A stretch of 64,000 bases of DNA from Rickettsiales bacterium (GTDB lineage: Bacteria > Pseudomonadota > Alphaproteobacteria > Rickettsiales > SXRF01), in contig JANRLL010000014.1 of assembly GCA_033762715.1 (NCBI GenBank), positions 11,626 to 75,625 on the forward strand, written 5' to 3'. Positions 49,225-58,244 of this stretch are shown here, piece after piece; position 1 is the stretch's first letter, and every line of letters starts with the position of its first letter. Made by a program: the position numbers and the translations under genes. Below the pieces are notes generated by a model that saw nothing but the letters and a program-made list of their open reading frames with translations, was not told the DNA's origin and did no database searches.

Positions 49225-51150
49225 TTATGCGGTCTTTTTTGCGCCCGATACCTGGCCTTTAATACCGGCTTTAAATACAGCCTCTACGATCTGCTTGGCA
49301 TTGAGCCCCGCCTCGTCATACATGGCAGCAGGTGTATTTTGTTCAATGAAGTGATCGGGTAGATAGAGCGGTACGATACGCGCGCCGGCCAGATTTTCCT
49401 GCGCGGCAAAGCACAGCACATGCGCGCCAAACCCACCGACCGATCCCTCTTCCACCGTAAACAGCAATTCATGTTGTTCGACCAGCGATCGCACCAGCGC
49501 TTCATCCAGCGGCTTGGCAAAACGCGCATCAGCAACGGTTGCTTCAATGCCGAGTGCGGCTAATTCTTGCGTGGCTTTCATGCATTCGCCCAAGCGCGTG
49601 CCCAGCGACAGAAATGCCACTTGCTTGCCTTGGCGGATAATGCGGCCTTTGCCGATTTCCAGTGGCAGGCCTGTTTTCGGAAGCTCAACACCGGTGCCTT
49701 CACCGCGCGGATAACGCAGCGCCGACGGGCGGTCATTGATCGCCTGTTGCGTGGCCACCATATGCACCAGTTCCGCTTCATCGCTTGCCGCCATAACCAC
49801 CATGTTGGGCAGCGTCGCCAAATAAGTAATGTCAAATGCACCGGCATGGGTCGGGCCATCCGCACCCACCAGGCCTGCGCGATCCAAGCAGAAGCGCACT
49901 GGCAGATTTTGAATCGCCACATCATGCACCACCTGGTCATAGGCGCGTTGCAGGAAAGTCGAATAAATCGCCACAAACGGTTTGTAACCTTGCGTGGCCA
50001 GTCCAGCGGCAAAGGTCACTGCATGCTGCTCGGCAATACCCACATCGAACATGCGCTCAGGAAAAGCTTTCGCGAATAAATCAAGTCCGGTGCCCGAAGA
50101 CATGGCGGCGGTGATGGCCACTACTTTCTCGTCTTTGCCTGCTTCTGCAATCAGCGCATCGGCAAATACCTTGGTGTAGGATGGCGCGGCGGCAGAGGCT
50201 TTTTTTTGCGCACCAGTCGTCACATCGAATTTATTCACGCCGTGATATTTATCTTCCGATTGCTCGGCAGGCCCATAGCCATGGCCCTTTTGCGTAATGA
50301 CATGCAGCAGCACCGGCCCGCTGTTTTTTTCATTTTTGATATTTTTGAGCACTGGCAGCAAGTGATCGAGATTATGCCCATCGACCGGCCCCACATAATA
50401 ACAACCCAATTGATCAAACAGCGTGCCACCCAGCGCTAAATTACGCGCCGCATGTTCGGTGCCCGCTAAAAAGCGACGCAGTGGCTCGGGGAATTTACTG
50501 GTGACCATTTTGCCGATATGGCGCAGCGTATGGTACGGATGCGACGAAATCAGCCGCGACAGATAGGCGCTCATAGCACCTACGGGAGGTGCGATCGACA
50601 TATCGTTATCGTTTAAAATCACAATCAGGCGCGTGTCTAGGCTGCCGGCATTATTGAGCGCTTCAAACGCCATGCCCGCGCTCATCGCGCCGTCACCAAT
50701 CACGGCAATCACATCATGTTTTTTGCCGTCTAAATCACGTGCCACCGCCATGCCGAGTGCGGCAGAAATCGAGGTGGAGCTATGACCGGCGCCAAAGGCG
50801 TCATATTCACTTTCGCTGCGTTTACAAAAACCCGACAAACCATTTGGCTGGCGCAACGTACGAATACGATCGCGACGGCCGGTTAGAATTTTATGCGGAT
50901 AGGATTGATGGCCCACATCCCAGATCACAATATCATCGGGCGTATCGAACACATGATGCAGCGCGACGGTCAGTTCCACCACGCCAAGCCCCGCACCCAA
51001 ATGCCCACCGGTTTGCGAGACGGCATCGACGGTTTCCAGACGCAACTCCGCTGCCAGCTGTTTCAGCTGTTCAGGATTCAATGCGCGCATATCGCGCGGC
51101 AGATGAATCGTATCGAGAAGCGGTGTTTTACTCACGTGTTTTGATCCCAA
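49225..51150 (-). CDS. dxs: 1-deoxy-D-xylulose-5-phosphate synthase
   Basis: 641 aa. [16 protein letters not shown], the TPP-binding [18 protein letters not shown] and [17 protein letters not shown] are present. The track start is TTG 51148-51150, and GTG at 51133-51135 is an alternative. Confidence 0.95.
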   Translation of the reverse strand: MGSKHVSKTPLLDTIHLPRDMRALNPEQLKQLAAELRLETVDAVSQTGGHLGAGLGVVELTVALHHVFDTPDDIVIWDVGHQSYPHKILTGRRDRIRTLRQPNGLSGFCKRSESEYDAFGAGHSSTSISAALGMAVARDLDGKKHDVIAVIGDGAMSAGMAFEALNNAGSLDTRLIVILNDNDMSIAPPVGAMSAYLSRLISSHPYHTLRHIGKMVTSKFPEPLRRFLAGTEHAARNLALGGTLFDQLGCYYVGPVDGHNLDHLLPVLKNIKNEKNSGPVLLHVITQKGHGYGPAEQSEDKYHGVNKFDVTTGAQKKASAAAPSYTKVFADALIAEAGKDEKVVAITAAMSSGTGLDLFAKAFPERMFDVGIAEQHAVTFAAGLATQGYKPFVAIYSTFLQRAYDQVVHDVAIQNLPVRFCLDRAGLVGADGPTHAGAFDITYLATLPNMVVMAASDEAELVHMVATQQAINDRPSALRYPRGEGTGVELPKTGLPLEIGKGRIIRQGKQVAFLSLGTRLGECMKATQELAALGIEATVADARFAKPLDEALVRSLVEQHELLFTVEEGSVGGFGAHVLCFAAQENLAGARIVPLYLPDHFIEQNTPAAMYDEAGLNAKQIVEAVFKAGIKGQVSGAKKTA

Positions 51151-51376
51151 ATACGCTATGGAGGGCGCAGATTAGCCGGATTTTTTCAAAAGTCAAAGTC
51201 AGTCTGCAGCTACTCTCATAAAGCCTGCTGCATTGCGTCCTATACAGATAGGCCAAGTCACGCTAGGCCGTCAGCGAAAAGGTTGGATTTTTGAGAACCG
51301 GCGCGCAGCGTACACACTAGTACGTGAGCAGCGGAAGCTTAGAAATCCAGCGTTTGCAGCCAGGCCTAGTAGTGAA

Positions 51377-51940
51377 TCAATTATTGATGATGATTTTTTT
51401 GCCATCGCGGACGATTAAATCCGTCCCACTTTGCAGCTTATAGACGCCGTCGGGCATGTTCATGGGCTCACCGTCGGCTCCTACGGCGTAAACGCGCATG
51501 CCGTCAAAGGCGACTTCTTGGCCTTGGGTGGTCATGCGGCTGCTGGGAGGGGCTGGGCGATTGCCATTATTGGATGGCGCGATGACGGGAGGAGGCGGAT
51601 AATAACCGTCATTGGGCGTTGCTGCATCGGGCGATGGTGGCACAATACCGTAATATTGCTCATTAAAACCGGTGGATTGTTGCTGTTGATTGCGATACTG
51701 GCCGTTATTGGGGCGTACTGCTTGATTACCACCGCGCACGCTTTTAGCAGGGCCAAACTCACCGTATTTATCTTCATTTTTCTTATTATAGGCTTCGATT
51801 TTGCGCACCAATTTATCTTTGCGCATGGCCGCGCGTTGAGCACTTATATCACGCTCTTTCATGAGGGTTGGGGCCAGCAGCAGGGCTAAAATAACCGCTA
51901 CCACAGCTCCTAATACCCAATATTTTGCGTTAAAATTCAT
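51377..51940 (-). CDS. membrane-anchored hypothetical protein (187 aa) with a Q/N/P-rich disordered middle
   Basis: ATG start with an N-terminal TM anchor (YWVLGAVVAVILALLLAP). A low-complexity region (NNGQYRNQQQQSTGFNEQYYGIVPPSPD...YYPPPPVIAPSNNGNRPAPP) is followed by a small C-terminal domain. Confidence 0.6.
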   Translation of the reverse strand: MNFNAKYWVLGAVVAVILALLLAPTLMKERDISAQRAAMRKDKLVRKIEAYNKKNEDKYGEFGPAKSVRGGNQAVRPNNGQYRNQQQQSTGFNEQYYGIVPPSPDAATPNDGYYPPPPVIAPSNNGNRPAPPSSRMTTQGQEVAFDGMRVYAVGADGEPMNMPDGVYKLQSGTDLIVRDGKKIIINN

Positions 51941-52006
51941 AGCGGTATCATCTTTAGGTTCGCTTTATTTTAGCGTATTTGGGGATAAAAGGCTAGTTTT
52001 TGTCGC

Positions 52007-52924
52007 CTATAAAGCTTTCAAGCACCACAGCAGCACCGCTTTTTGAGCGTGCAGGCGGTTTTCGGCCTCATCAAAGACCCGAGATTGCGGCCCATCAATC
52101 ACCTCGGCAGTCACTTCCTCACCGCGATGGGCAGGCAGGCAATGCAAGAAAATAGCGCTTTTAGCGGCCTTCTTCATCAGAGCTGCATTCACCTGATAGC
52201 CAGCAAGCATCGCAATTTGCGAATCCGCATCGGGATCGCCCATCGAAACCCAGGTATCGGTTACCACCGCATCAGCGCCTGCAACTGCTACATCGGGCTT
52301 TTCAGTCAGCTCAATGCGCGCACCCCGTTGGGTAGCCCACTCCACCACTTCCGGCAGCGGATTCAGCTTGGTCGGACAGGCTAACCGCAAGGTAAAGCCC
52401 AGCAGGGCTGCTGCTTGAATCCAGCTTTGTGCCACATTATTGCCATCGCCAATCCAGGCGACTGTTTTGCCACCAATGGGGCCTAAATTTTCTTCAAAGG
52501 TGAGCACGTCGGCTAAAATCTGGCACGGATGGCTAAACTCGGTCAGACCGTTAATCACGGGAATGGTCGCGTTGGTTGCCAATTCTTGCAGCTTGCTATG
52601 GTCATGACAACGCAGCATGATCGCATCGACATAACGCGACAGCACCTGCGCCGTATCGGCCACCGTTTCGCCGCGCCCTAGCTGCAATTCATTGCCGTTG
52701 AACGAGAGCGCATGGCCACCCAACTCCATCATCGCCACCTCAAACGACACGCGTGTGCGCGTTGAGTTTTTTTCAAAAATCATGGCCAGTTTGCGATTGA
52801 CCAACAGCGGCTCATAGATGCCTTGTTTACGCTTGAGCTTAAGCATCAGCGCAGTATCAACCAAGGTGCGCACTTGCATCGCATCGAGTGTGGATAGGTC
52901 GGTAAAATGTCGAATGCTGGTCAT
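52007..52924 (-). CDS. argF: ornithine carbamoyltransferase
   Basis: The STRTR motif (KNSTRTRVSFE), HPCQILAD and HCLPAHRGEE are present. The start is set to ATG 52922-52924 (MTSIRHF), which overlaps the argD stop (ATGA). Confidence 0.93.
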   Translation of the reverse strand: MTSIRHFTDLSTLDAMQVRTLVDTALMLKLKRKQGIYEPLLVNRKLAMIFEKNSTRTRVSFEVAMMELGGHALSFNGNELQLGRGETVADTAQVLSRYVDAIMLRCHDHSKLQELATNATIPVINGLTEFSHPCQILADVLTFEENLGPIGGKTVAWIGDGNNVAQSWIQAAALLGFTLRLACPTKLNPLPEVVEWATQRGARIELTEKPDVAVAGADAVVTDTWVSMGDPDADSQIAMLAGYQVNAALMKKAAKSAIFLHCLPAHRGEEVTAEVIDGPQSRVFDEAENRLHAQKAVLLWCLKAL

Positions 52925-54087
52925 TTCCACTCCTTGCAAACATGAGTAAGTAAGCCGATGGCTTCATCGATATGTTGTGAGGTAATAATAAGCGGCGGGG
53001 TGATGCGAATCACATTATCCTCACTAGGCACGGTCAGCAATCCGAAGGCGCGCAACTGCTCCACCATCTCACGGCACGGCACAACCGTCTTCAGGCCCAG
53101 CATCAAACCGGTGCCGCGCACCTCAGACAATAACGTTGGAAACTGCGCTACCATGCTCTGCAGCTTGGTTTTAAGTAGGCGTCCGGTCTCCGCTACCTGT
53201 TCTAAAAACCCCGGTGCAAGCAACACATCTAGCACGGCATTACCCACTGCCATGGCCAGCGGATTGCTGCCATAGGTTGAGCCATGCGAGCCCGGTGTCA
53301 TACCGCTTGCCGCGCGTTCGGTGGCAAGACACGCCGCCAAGGGAAAGCCGTTGCCGATGCCTTTGGCCACCGTCACCAGATCGGGTGTGATACCGGCCTG
53401 TTCATGTGCAAACAAGCTGCCGGTTCGACCCATGCCGCATTGCACTTCATCGATCATCAGCAGCAGGCCATGTTGGTCACACAGCGCGCGCAGCCCTTGC
53501 AAAAATTCGTCCGTGGCAGCTTTCACCCCGCCCTCGCCTTGGATGGGTTCTACCAAGATACCGGCTGTCAGCGGCGTAATCGCCGCTTGAGTGGCAGCTA
53601 GATTATTATATTCCACCCGGTCAAACCCATCGACAAGCGGCTCAAAACCTTTGCGCGCGATGTCATTGCCGCCAGCCGAAATGCACGAAAGCGTACGGCC
53701 ATGAAAACCGCCGCTCATGGTGATGATGCGGAAGCGTTCGGGGTTGCCGCTATGGTCGTGATATTTGCGGATCATCTTAAAGCCGCATTCCACCGCTTCA
53801 CTGCCAGAGTTGCAGAAAAAGGCGCGATCGGCAAACGTCGCTTGCACAAAACGCTCAGCGAGTTTTTCAAGGCCCGGTATGCGGTACATATTGGAGCAAT
53901 GCCAGAGCAGATCCGCTTGGGTTTTGAGTGCAGCAGTGACATGCGGATGGCAATGGCCCAGCGCGTTGACGGCAATGCCAGCGGCAAAATCCAGGTAGCG
54001 CCTGCCGTCGGGCGCGAAGAGATAAGCCCCTTCCCCGCGTTCAATAGCAATATCGCTACGCCGATAAACCGGCAAAATGGCCGACAT
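52921..54087 (-). CDS. argD: acetylornithine aminotransferase (class III PLP aminotransferase)
   Basis: FCNSGSEAVECGFKMIRKY, LMIDEVQCGMGRTGSLFA and the PLP-Lys context DLVTVAKGIGNGFP are present. The track start at 54150 is a TTG, so ATG 54085-54087 (MSAILPVY) is preferred. It is directly upstream of argF. Confidence 0.88.
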   Translation of the reverse strand: MSAILPVYRRSDIAIERGEGAYLFAPDGRRYLDFAAGIAVNALGHCHPHVTAALKTQADLLWHCSNMYRIPGLEKLAERFVQATFADRAFFCNSGSEAVECGFKMIRKYHDHSGNPERFRIITMSGGFHGRTLSCISAGGNDIARKGFEPLVDGFDRVEYNNLAATQAAITPLTAGILVEPIQGEGGVKAATDEFLQGLRALCDQHGLLLMIDEVQCGMGRTGSLFAHEQAGITPDLVTVAKGIGNGFPLAACLATERAASGMTPGSHGSTYGSNPLAMAVGNAVLDVLLAPGFLEQVAETGRLLKTKLQSMVAQFPTLLSEVRGTGLMLGLKTVVPCREMVEQLRAFGLLTVPSEDNVIRITPPLIITSQHIDEAIGLLTHVCKEWK

Positions 54088-54152
54088 GGCTAACCCACTA
54101 TCAACATTTAGAAAAACGGCGATTATCTGCCCCAGCCCAAGGCTTGTCAAGC

Positions 54153-54914
54153 CTAACTCTTAAGCCGGTAGCCCTTTTTAAAGAGCCAGGCGGTGAGCGT
54201 CCAGAGAATGACGTTGGTGACTGTGAGTGATGTGATGCCCAAGGCGATTGAGCCGTCATGATAGCCAATTAGCGCATAGCGGAAACCGTCAATCATATAG
54301 AAGAACGGGTTCATATGGCAGACATGATACCAAAATTCCGGTAGCTGTTTGATCGAGTAAAACGTGCCCGACAGAAAGGCGAGCGGCGTGATGATATAGT
54401 TGGTGATGGCAGATAGCTGGTCAAAAGATTGCGACCAGATGCCGGTAAGCACGCCCAAGAGTGCCAGCATCACACTCGCCAGCACCGCATAAAGCAAGCC
54501 AAACATCGCATGCTCCATCGAAAACGGTACGAAAATATAGACCGCTGCAATCACGGCTACGCCCACAGCCAATCCGCGGACTACACCGCCAATGACTAAG
54601 CTTAGCACGATCTCACCACCGGTCAGCGGCGGCATCAAAATATCGACGATCACCCCTTGGATTTTTTGCAGCATCAAAGACGAGGATGTATTGGCAAAGG
54701 CATTTTGCACGATCGCCATCATGATCAAGCCTGGTGCAATAAACTGGCTGTAGGGCACACCATCAATCAAGCGTGTCTCGCTGCCCATCGCTAGGGTCAG
54801 CACGGCTAAGAACAACAAGGTGGTAATAACCGGCGCTACCAACGTTTGGTTCCATACTTTGGCAAAGCGCCAAACTTCGCGCTTAATAAGCGTCATCACA
54901 CCGATGGTATTCAC
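54153..54914 (-). CDS. ABC-2 type transporter permease (YadH-like)
   Basis: 253 aa with six TM segments and an N-terminus (LIKREVWRFAKVWNQTLVAPVIT) typical of the ABC-2 family. GTG start with an AAGGA SD. No ABC ATPase gene is adjacent. Confidence 0.75.
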   Translation of the reverse strand: MNTIGVMTLIKREVWRFAKVWNQTLVAPVITTLLFLAVLTLAMGSETRLIDGVPYSQFIAPGLIMMAIVQNAFANTSSSLMLQKIQGVIVDILMPPLTGGEIVLSLVIGGVVRGLAVGVAVIAAVYIFVPFSMEHAMFGLLYAVLASVMLALLGVLTGIWSQSFDQLSAITNYIITPLAFLSGTFYSIKQLPEFWYHVCHMNPFFYMIDGFRYALIGYHDGSIALGITSLTVTNVILWTLTAWLFKKGYRLKS

Positions 54915-54923
54915 ACATATTCC

Positions 54924-55175
54924 TTAGGAGGGGTTTCGTTTCAAGTAGGCCACAGCATACGAGCACACCGGCACAATTTCAAGGCCTTGCGATTTGGCAT
55001 CGTCGACCACGCCTTTCATCACCTGCGCGGCAATGCCCTGCCCGCGTAACGCCTCGGGTACACCGACATGGGTGATGATGAGCTTGTTGCCTTCGCGTTC
55101 GTAATCAGCAACGCAGACATGCCCGTCAGTGACAAGCTCATAGCGATGAGCGGCAGCGTTATTTTTTACAGTCAT
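54924..55175 (-). CDS. small GNAT-like protein (YjdJ-type, 83 aa)
   Basis: HRYELVTDGHVCVADYEREGNKLIITHVGVPEALRGQGIAAQVMKGVVDDAKSQGLEIVPVCSY matches the short GNAT_acetyltran-type family as I remember it. Confidence 0.65.
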   Translation of the reverse strand: MTVKNNAAAHRYELVTDGHVCVADYEREGNKLIITHVGVPEALRGQGIAAQVMKGVVDDAKSQGLEIVPVCSYAVAYLKRNPS

Positions 55176-55253
55176 AAAATTATTTGCAGTTTATCGCTAG
55201 GCGCCGCCGGATGCCAGGAAACCCCAGCATGCCGGCCAGCCTAGTAGATCAAG

Positions 55254-56003
55254 CTATCTGCGATCGCCCATGAAACGCAGCAGATGTAAGAAGATATTGA
55301 TAAAGTCCATGTACAGGTTCAGCGCACCCATGATGGAGGCTTTAGCAATGGCATCGGTGCTGCCAGCGAGCTGATAGTAAAGGTTTTTGAGCTTCTGCGT
55401 ATCATAGGCGGTGAGGCCCACGAAAATCAGCACGCCCACTACCGAGAGGGTAAAGTTCAGTGCGCTGCTTTGCAGAAACAGATTCACCAGCGAGGCAAGA
55501 ATCAAACCAATCAGGCCCATCATGAGGAAGCTGCCAAAACCGGTCAGGTCACGCTTGGTGGTGTAGCCATATAAGCTCATAGCGCCAAAGGTTCCAGCGG
55601 TTACGAAGAAGGCGCGCGCAATGCTTTCACCCGTATAGACGAGGAAGATCGACGACAGCGACAATCCCATTACCACCGCATAGGTCCAGAAAATAGCTTG
55701 AGCGGTGCCGGTGCTCATGCGGTGCAGGCCAAAGCTTAGCCACAATACCAAGCCCAGCGGCGCAAACATAACGAGAAAGCCTAAGCCACTAGGGCCAACG
55801 CGACCATCGGGACCAGCTGCAAACAGCAAGGCTTGAACGGCGGGAGAATTAGCCGCAAGCATCGCCACGATGCCAGTCAGCGCCAGAGCGCTTGCCATCA
55901 GGTTGTAGATTTTGAGCATATAAGCACGCAGGCCCATATCATAGCTGGCCGCTTGCGTAGCTTGCGCTTGGGCGGCAGCCACAAACGGATCACGATATTC
56001 CAT
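55254..56003 (-). CDS. Bax inhibitor-1/YccA family membrane protein
   Basis: 249 aa with seven TM segments. It starts FVAAAQAQATQAASYDMGLRAYMLKIYNLMA and has the characteristic C-terminus ALNLYMDFINIFLHLLRFMGDRR. Strong AAGGAGAG SD. Confidence 0.88.
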   Translation of the reverse strand: MEYRDPFVAAAQAQATQAASYDMGLRAYMLKIYNLMASALALTGIVAMLAANSPAVQALLFAAGPDGRVGPSGLGFLVMFAPLGLVLWLSFGLHRMSTGTAQAIFWTYAVVMGLSLSSIFLVYTGESIARAFFVTAGTFGAMSLYGYTTKRDLTGFGSFLMMGLIGLILASLVNLFLQSSALNFTLSVVGVLIFVGLTAYDTQKLKNLYYQLAGSTDAIAKASIMGALNLYMDFINIFLHLLRFMGDRR

Positions 56004-56451
56004 CTTTTCTCTCCTTAGTTGTTAAGCCCAAAGCCGCGCTTTGGATTTAGATCTAATTATATAGGAGGTTTCAACCAGCTTTCAATGAAAACCCGTATAA
56101 GACTCCATAAAATTTCCGTAAATAATTTTAAACCTCAGGGGATTGCATGTTACGCTTGCATTATGCATGGGGGATGGTACTAACTCAGCATATTATGATA
56201 ATGATTCGCAATTGCATATACCATTTGACCCCACATCGACCAAATGCGCCACTGGTGGGTGATGAGCATAAGCAAAGCCTGAGCGAGCGCCTTAAACGGG
56301 GTCAAAAACCGGATTTTCCAGGCCGTGCCAATTGACGATGGAATTAGTGCTTGAATAATGGATCGTTTAGCGTTACATATCGCGACCCTAGCAATCGGGC
56401 GAGGCATTGCCTTTGATTGCGTCACTCAACCTCTATTTTTAGGATAAAAAA

Positions 56452-56655
56452 ATGCCCAAATTGAAGACCAAATCTGGTTGCAAGAAACGTTTTCGTTTCA
56501 CAGCCAACGGCAAAGTGATTGCCTCCCAAGCCGGAAAACGTCACGGCATGCGCAAGCGTTCTAACAAATTCATTCGCAATGCGCGTGGTACCACCATCAT
56601 GGATGAAGCGGATACTCATCGCATCGTTCAATACATGCCTTACGGCGCTAAATAG
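56452..56655 (+). CDS. rpmI: 50S ribosomal protein L35
   Basis: 67 aa. [22 protein letters not shown]...HGMRKRSNK is the classic L35 sequence. Confidence 0.95.
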   Translation: MPKLKTKSGCKKRFRFTANGKVIASQAGKRHGMRKRSNKFIRNARGTTIMDEADTHRIVQYMPYGAK

Positions 56656-56666
56656 GGAGAATCATC

Positions 56667-57035
56667 ATGGCTCACGTTAAAAGAGGCGTAACCGCCCGTG
56701 CTCGTCACAAAAAAGTGCTGAAGATGGCTAAAGGCTATCGCGGCCGCGCTAAAAACTGTTTCCGCGTTGCAGTGGAAAAAGTGGAAAAAGGTCTGCGTTA
56801 TTCGTATCGCGATCGTCGCAATAAAAAGCGTAATTTCCGCAATCTCTGGGTACAACGCATCAATGCCGGCGTTCGTGAACACGGCATGGTGTATTCGCAA
56901 TTCATGGGCGGCCTTGTAAAAGCTGGCATTCAGCTCGATCGCAAAATTCTGTCTGAAATGGCGATCTCTGAACCTGCTGCTTTCAAAGCGCTCGTTGAAC
57001 AATCTAAAGCAGCACTCGCTAAGAAAGCTGCATAA
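56667..57035 (+). CDS. rplT: 50S ribosomal protein L20
   Basis: 122 aa. [35 protein letters not shown]...[21 protein letters not shown]. Confidence 0.96.
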   Translation: MAHVKRGVTARARHKKVLKMAKGYRGRAKNCFRVAVEKVEKGLRYSYRDRRNKKRNFRNLWVQRINAGVREHGMVYSQFMGGLVKAGIQLDRKILSEMAISEPAAFKALVEQSKAALAKKAA

Positions 57036-57091
57036 ACGTCATCTGTCGGGGCTCGTGCTTAGCGCGGGTCCCGCATTTCTTGGAATGACGA

Positions 57092-58159
57092 ATGACCGAT
57101 ACCACTGCCTTACTCACTAATTCCCTCGCTGCCATTGCGGCTTGCACTTCGGTTGCTGCACTCGAAGAACAGCGCGTTGCCATCCTCGGCAAAAAAGGCA
57201 CCCTCACCGACGCACTCAAAACATTAGGCAGCGTCGATGTCGAAACCAAAAAAACGCTAGGCGCCGAACTCAACCGCATCAAACAACATATCAGCGATGC
57301 GCTCGATGCGAAAAAAGCCGAGCTCGGCATGGCGGAGCTCAATGCCCGCCTGGCCAGTGAAACACTTGATGTCACTCAGCCCACCTCACCTGAAACACGC
57401 GGCGCGATCCATCCGGTCACGCAAGTGATCGAAGAAATCACCGCCATTTTTGCCGATCTCGGCTTTAATGTCGCCGACGGTCCAGATATCGAAACCGACG
57501 AGCATAATTTCGATGCGCTGAATATTCCCGAATCACACCCTGCCCGCCAAATGCATGATACGTTTTATCTGCACGGCACAGGTGACGGCAAAACACTGCT
57601 TCGCACCCATACCTCGCCGGTGCAGATCCGCACGATGAAATCGGGCAAGCCGCCTTTTCGTTTCTTAGCGCCTGGCTCCACCTATCGTTGCGATTCCGAT
57701 CTCACCCACACCCCGATGTTCCACCAGGTGGAAGGCTTGGTGATCGACAAAAATATTCATATGGGCCATTTGAAGGGCTGCATCATCGAATTCCTCAAAG
57801 CCTTTTTTGAGTTGGATAATGTGCCGGTGCGTTTCCGTCCTAGCTTCTTTCCGTTCACCGAACCCTCGGCTGAAGTCGATATTGGCTGCGCCCGTTCGCG
57901 CGAGTCGCTCAAGATCGGCGAAGGCAGCGATTGGCTGGAAGTGATGGGTTGCGGCATGGTGCATCCGAACGTGCTGAAAAATTGCGGCATTGATCCCACC
58001 GAGTGGCAAGGCTTTGCCTTTGGCATGGGCGTTGAGCGTTTGGCGATGCTCAAATACGGCATTCCCGATCTGCGCACCTTCTTTGAAAGCGATGTGCGCT
58101 GGTTGAAACATTATGGCTTTGAGCCGTTTCATATTCCTTCGCTGGTAGGTGGATTATGA
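57092..58159 (+). CDS. pheS: phenylalanyl-tRNA synthetase alpha subunit
   Basis: 355 aa with class II motifs ([54 protein letters not shown]). Confidence 0.96.
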   Translation: MTDTTALLTNSLAAIAACTSVAALEEQRVAILGKKGTLTDALKTLGSVDVETKKTLGAELNRIKQHISDALDAKKAELGMAELNARLASETLDVTQPTSPETRGAIHPVTQVIEEITAIFADLGFNVADGPDIETDEHNFDALNIPESHPARQMHDTFYLHGTGDGKTLLRTHTSPVQIRTMKSGKPPFRFLAPGSTYRCDSDLTHTPMFHQVEGLVIDKNIHMGHLKGCIIEFLKAFFELDNVPVRFRPSFFPFTEPSAEVDIGCARSRESLKIGEGSDWLEVMGCGMVHPNVLKNCGIDPTEWQGFAFGMGVERLAMLKYGIPDLRTFFESDVRWLKHYGFEPFHIPSLVGGL

Positions 58160-58244
58160 TGTGGAGCAAAACGACTAGCGCCATTGAGGCGCGCAGCCTG
58201 CGCGGCGCCAAAGCAGCAAAGCTGTTGAGCGCGAGAGGTAAAAT

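Noticed and set aside
51151-51376. 226-nt dxs upstream region with inverted repeats (TGGATTT...AAATCCA at 51284-51349; CGTAC-acacta-GTACG at 51309-51324). It could be a riboswitch or sRNA.
   Set aside because: The stems are short and imperfect. No TPP-riboswitch core (CTGAGA...ACCTGA) is visible. The region must also hold the upstream gene's terminator and the dxs promoter, which can explain the structure.
51356-51380. Shared motif GCCAG(G)CCTAGTAG(TGA)ATCAA at the 3' ends of two minus-strand genes (51356-51380 and 55231-55252), with loosely similar GC-rich imperfect hairpins beyond. It could be a repeated terminator or REP-like element.
   Set aside because: The match is only an 8-mer core plus two 5-mers with indels. 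I found no third copy in 64 kb. Chance similarity at this length is plausible in a window of this size. It is worth a genome-wide k-mer check but is not reportable as a repeat family.
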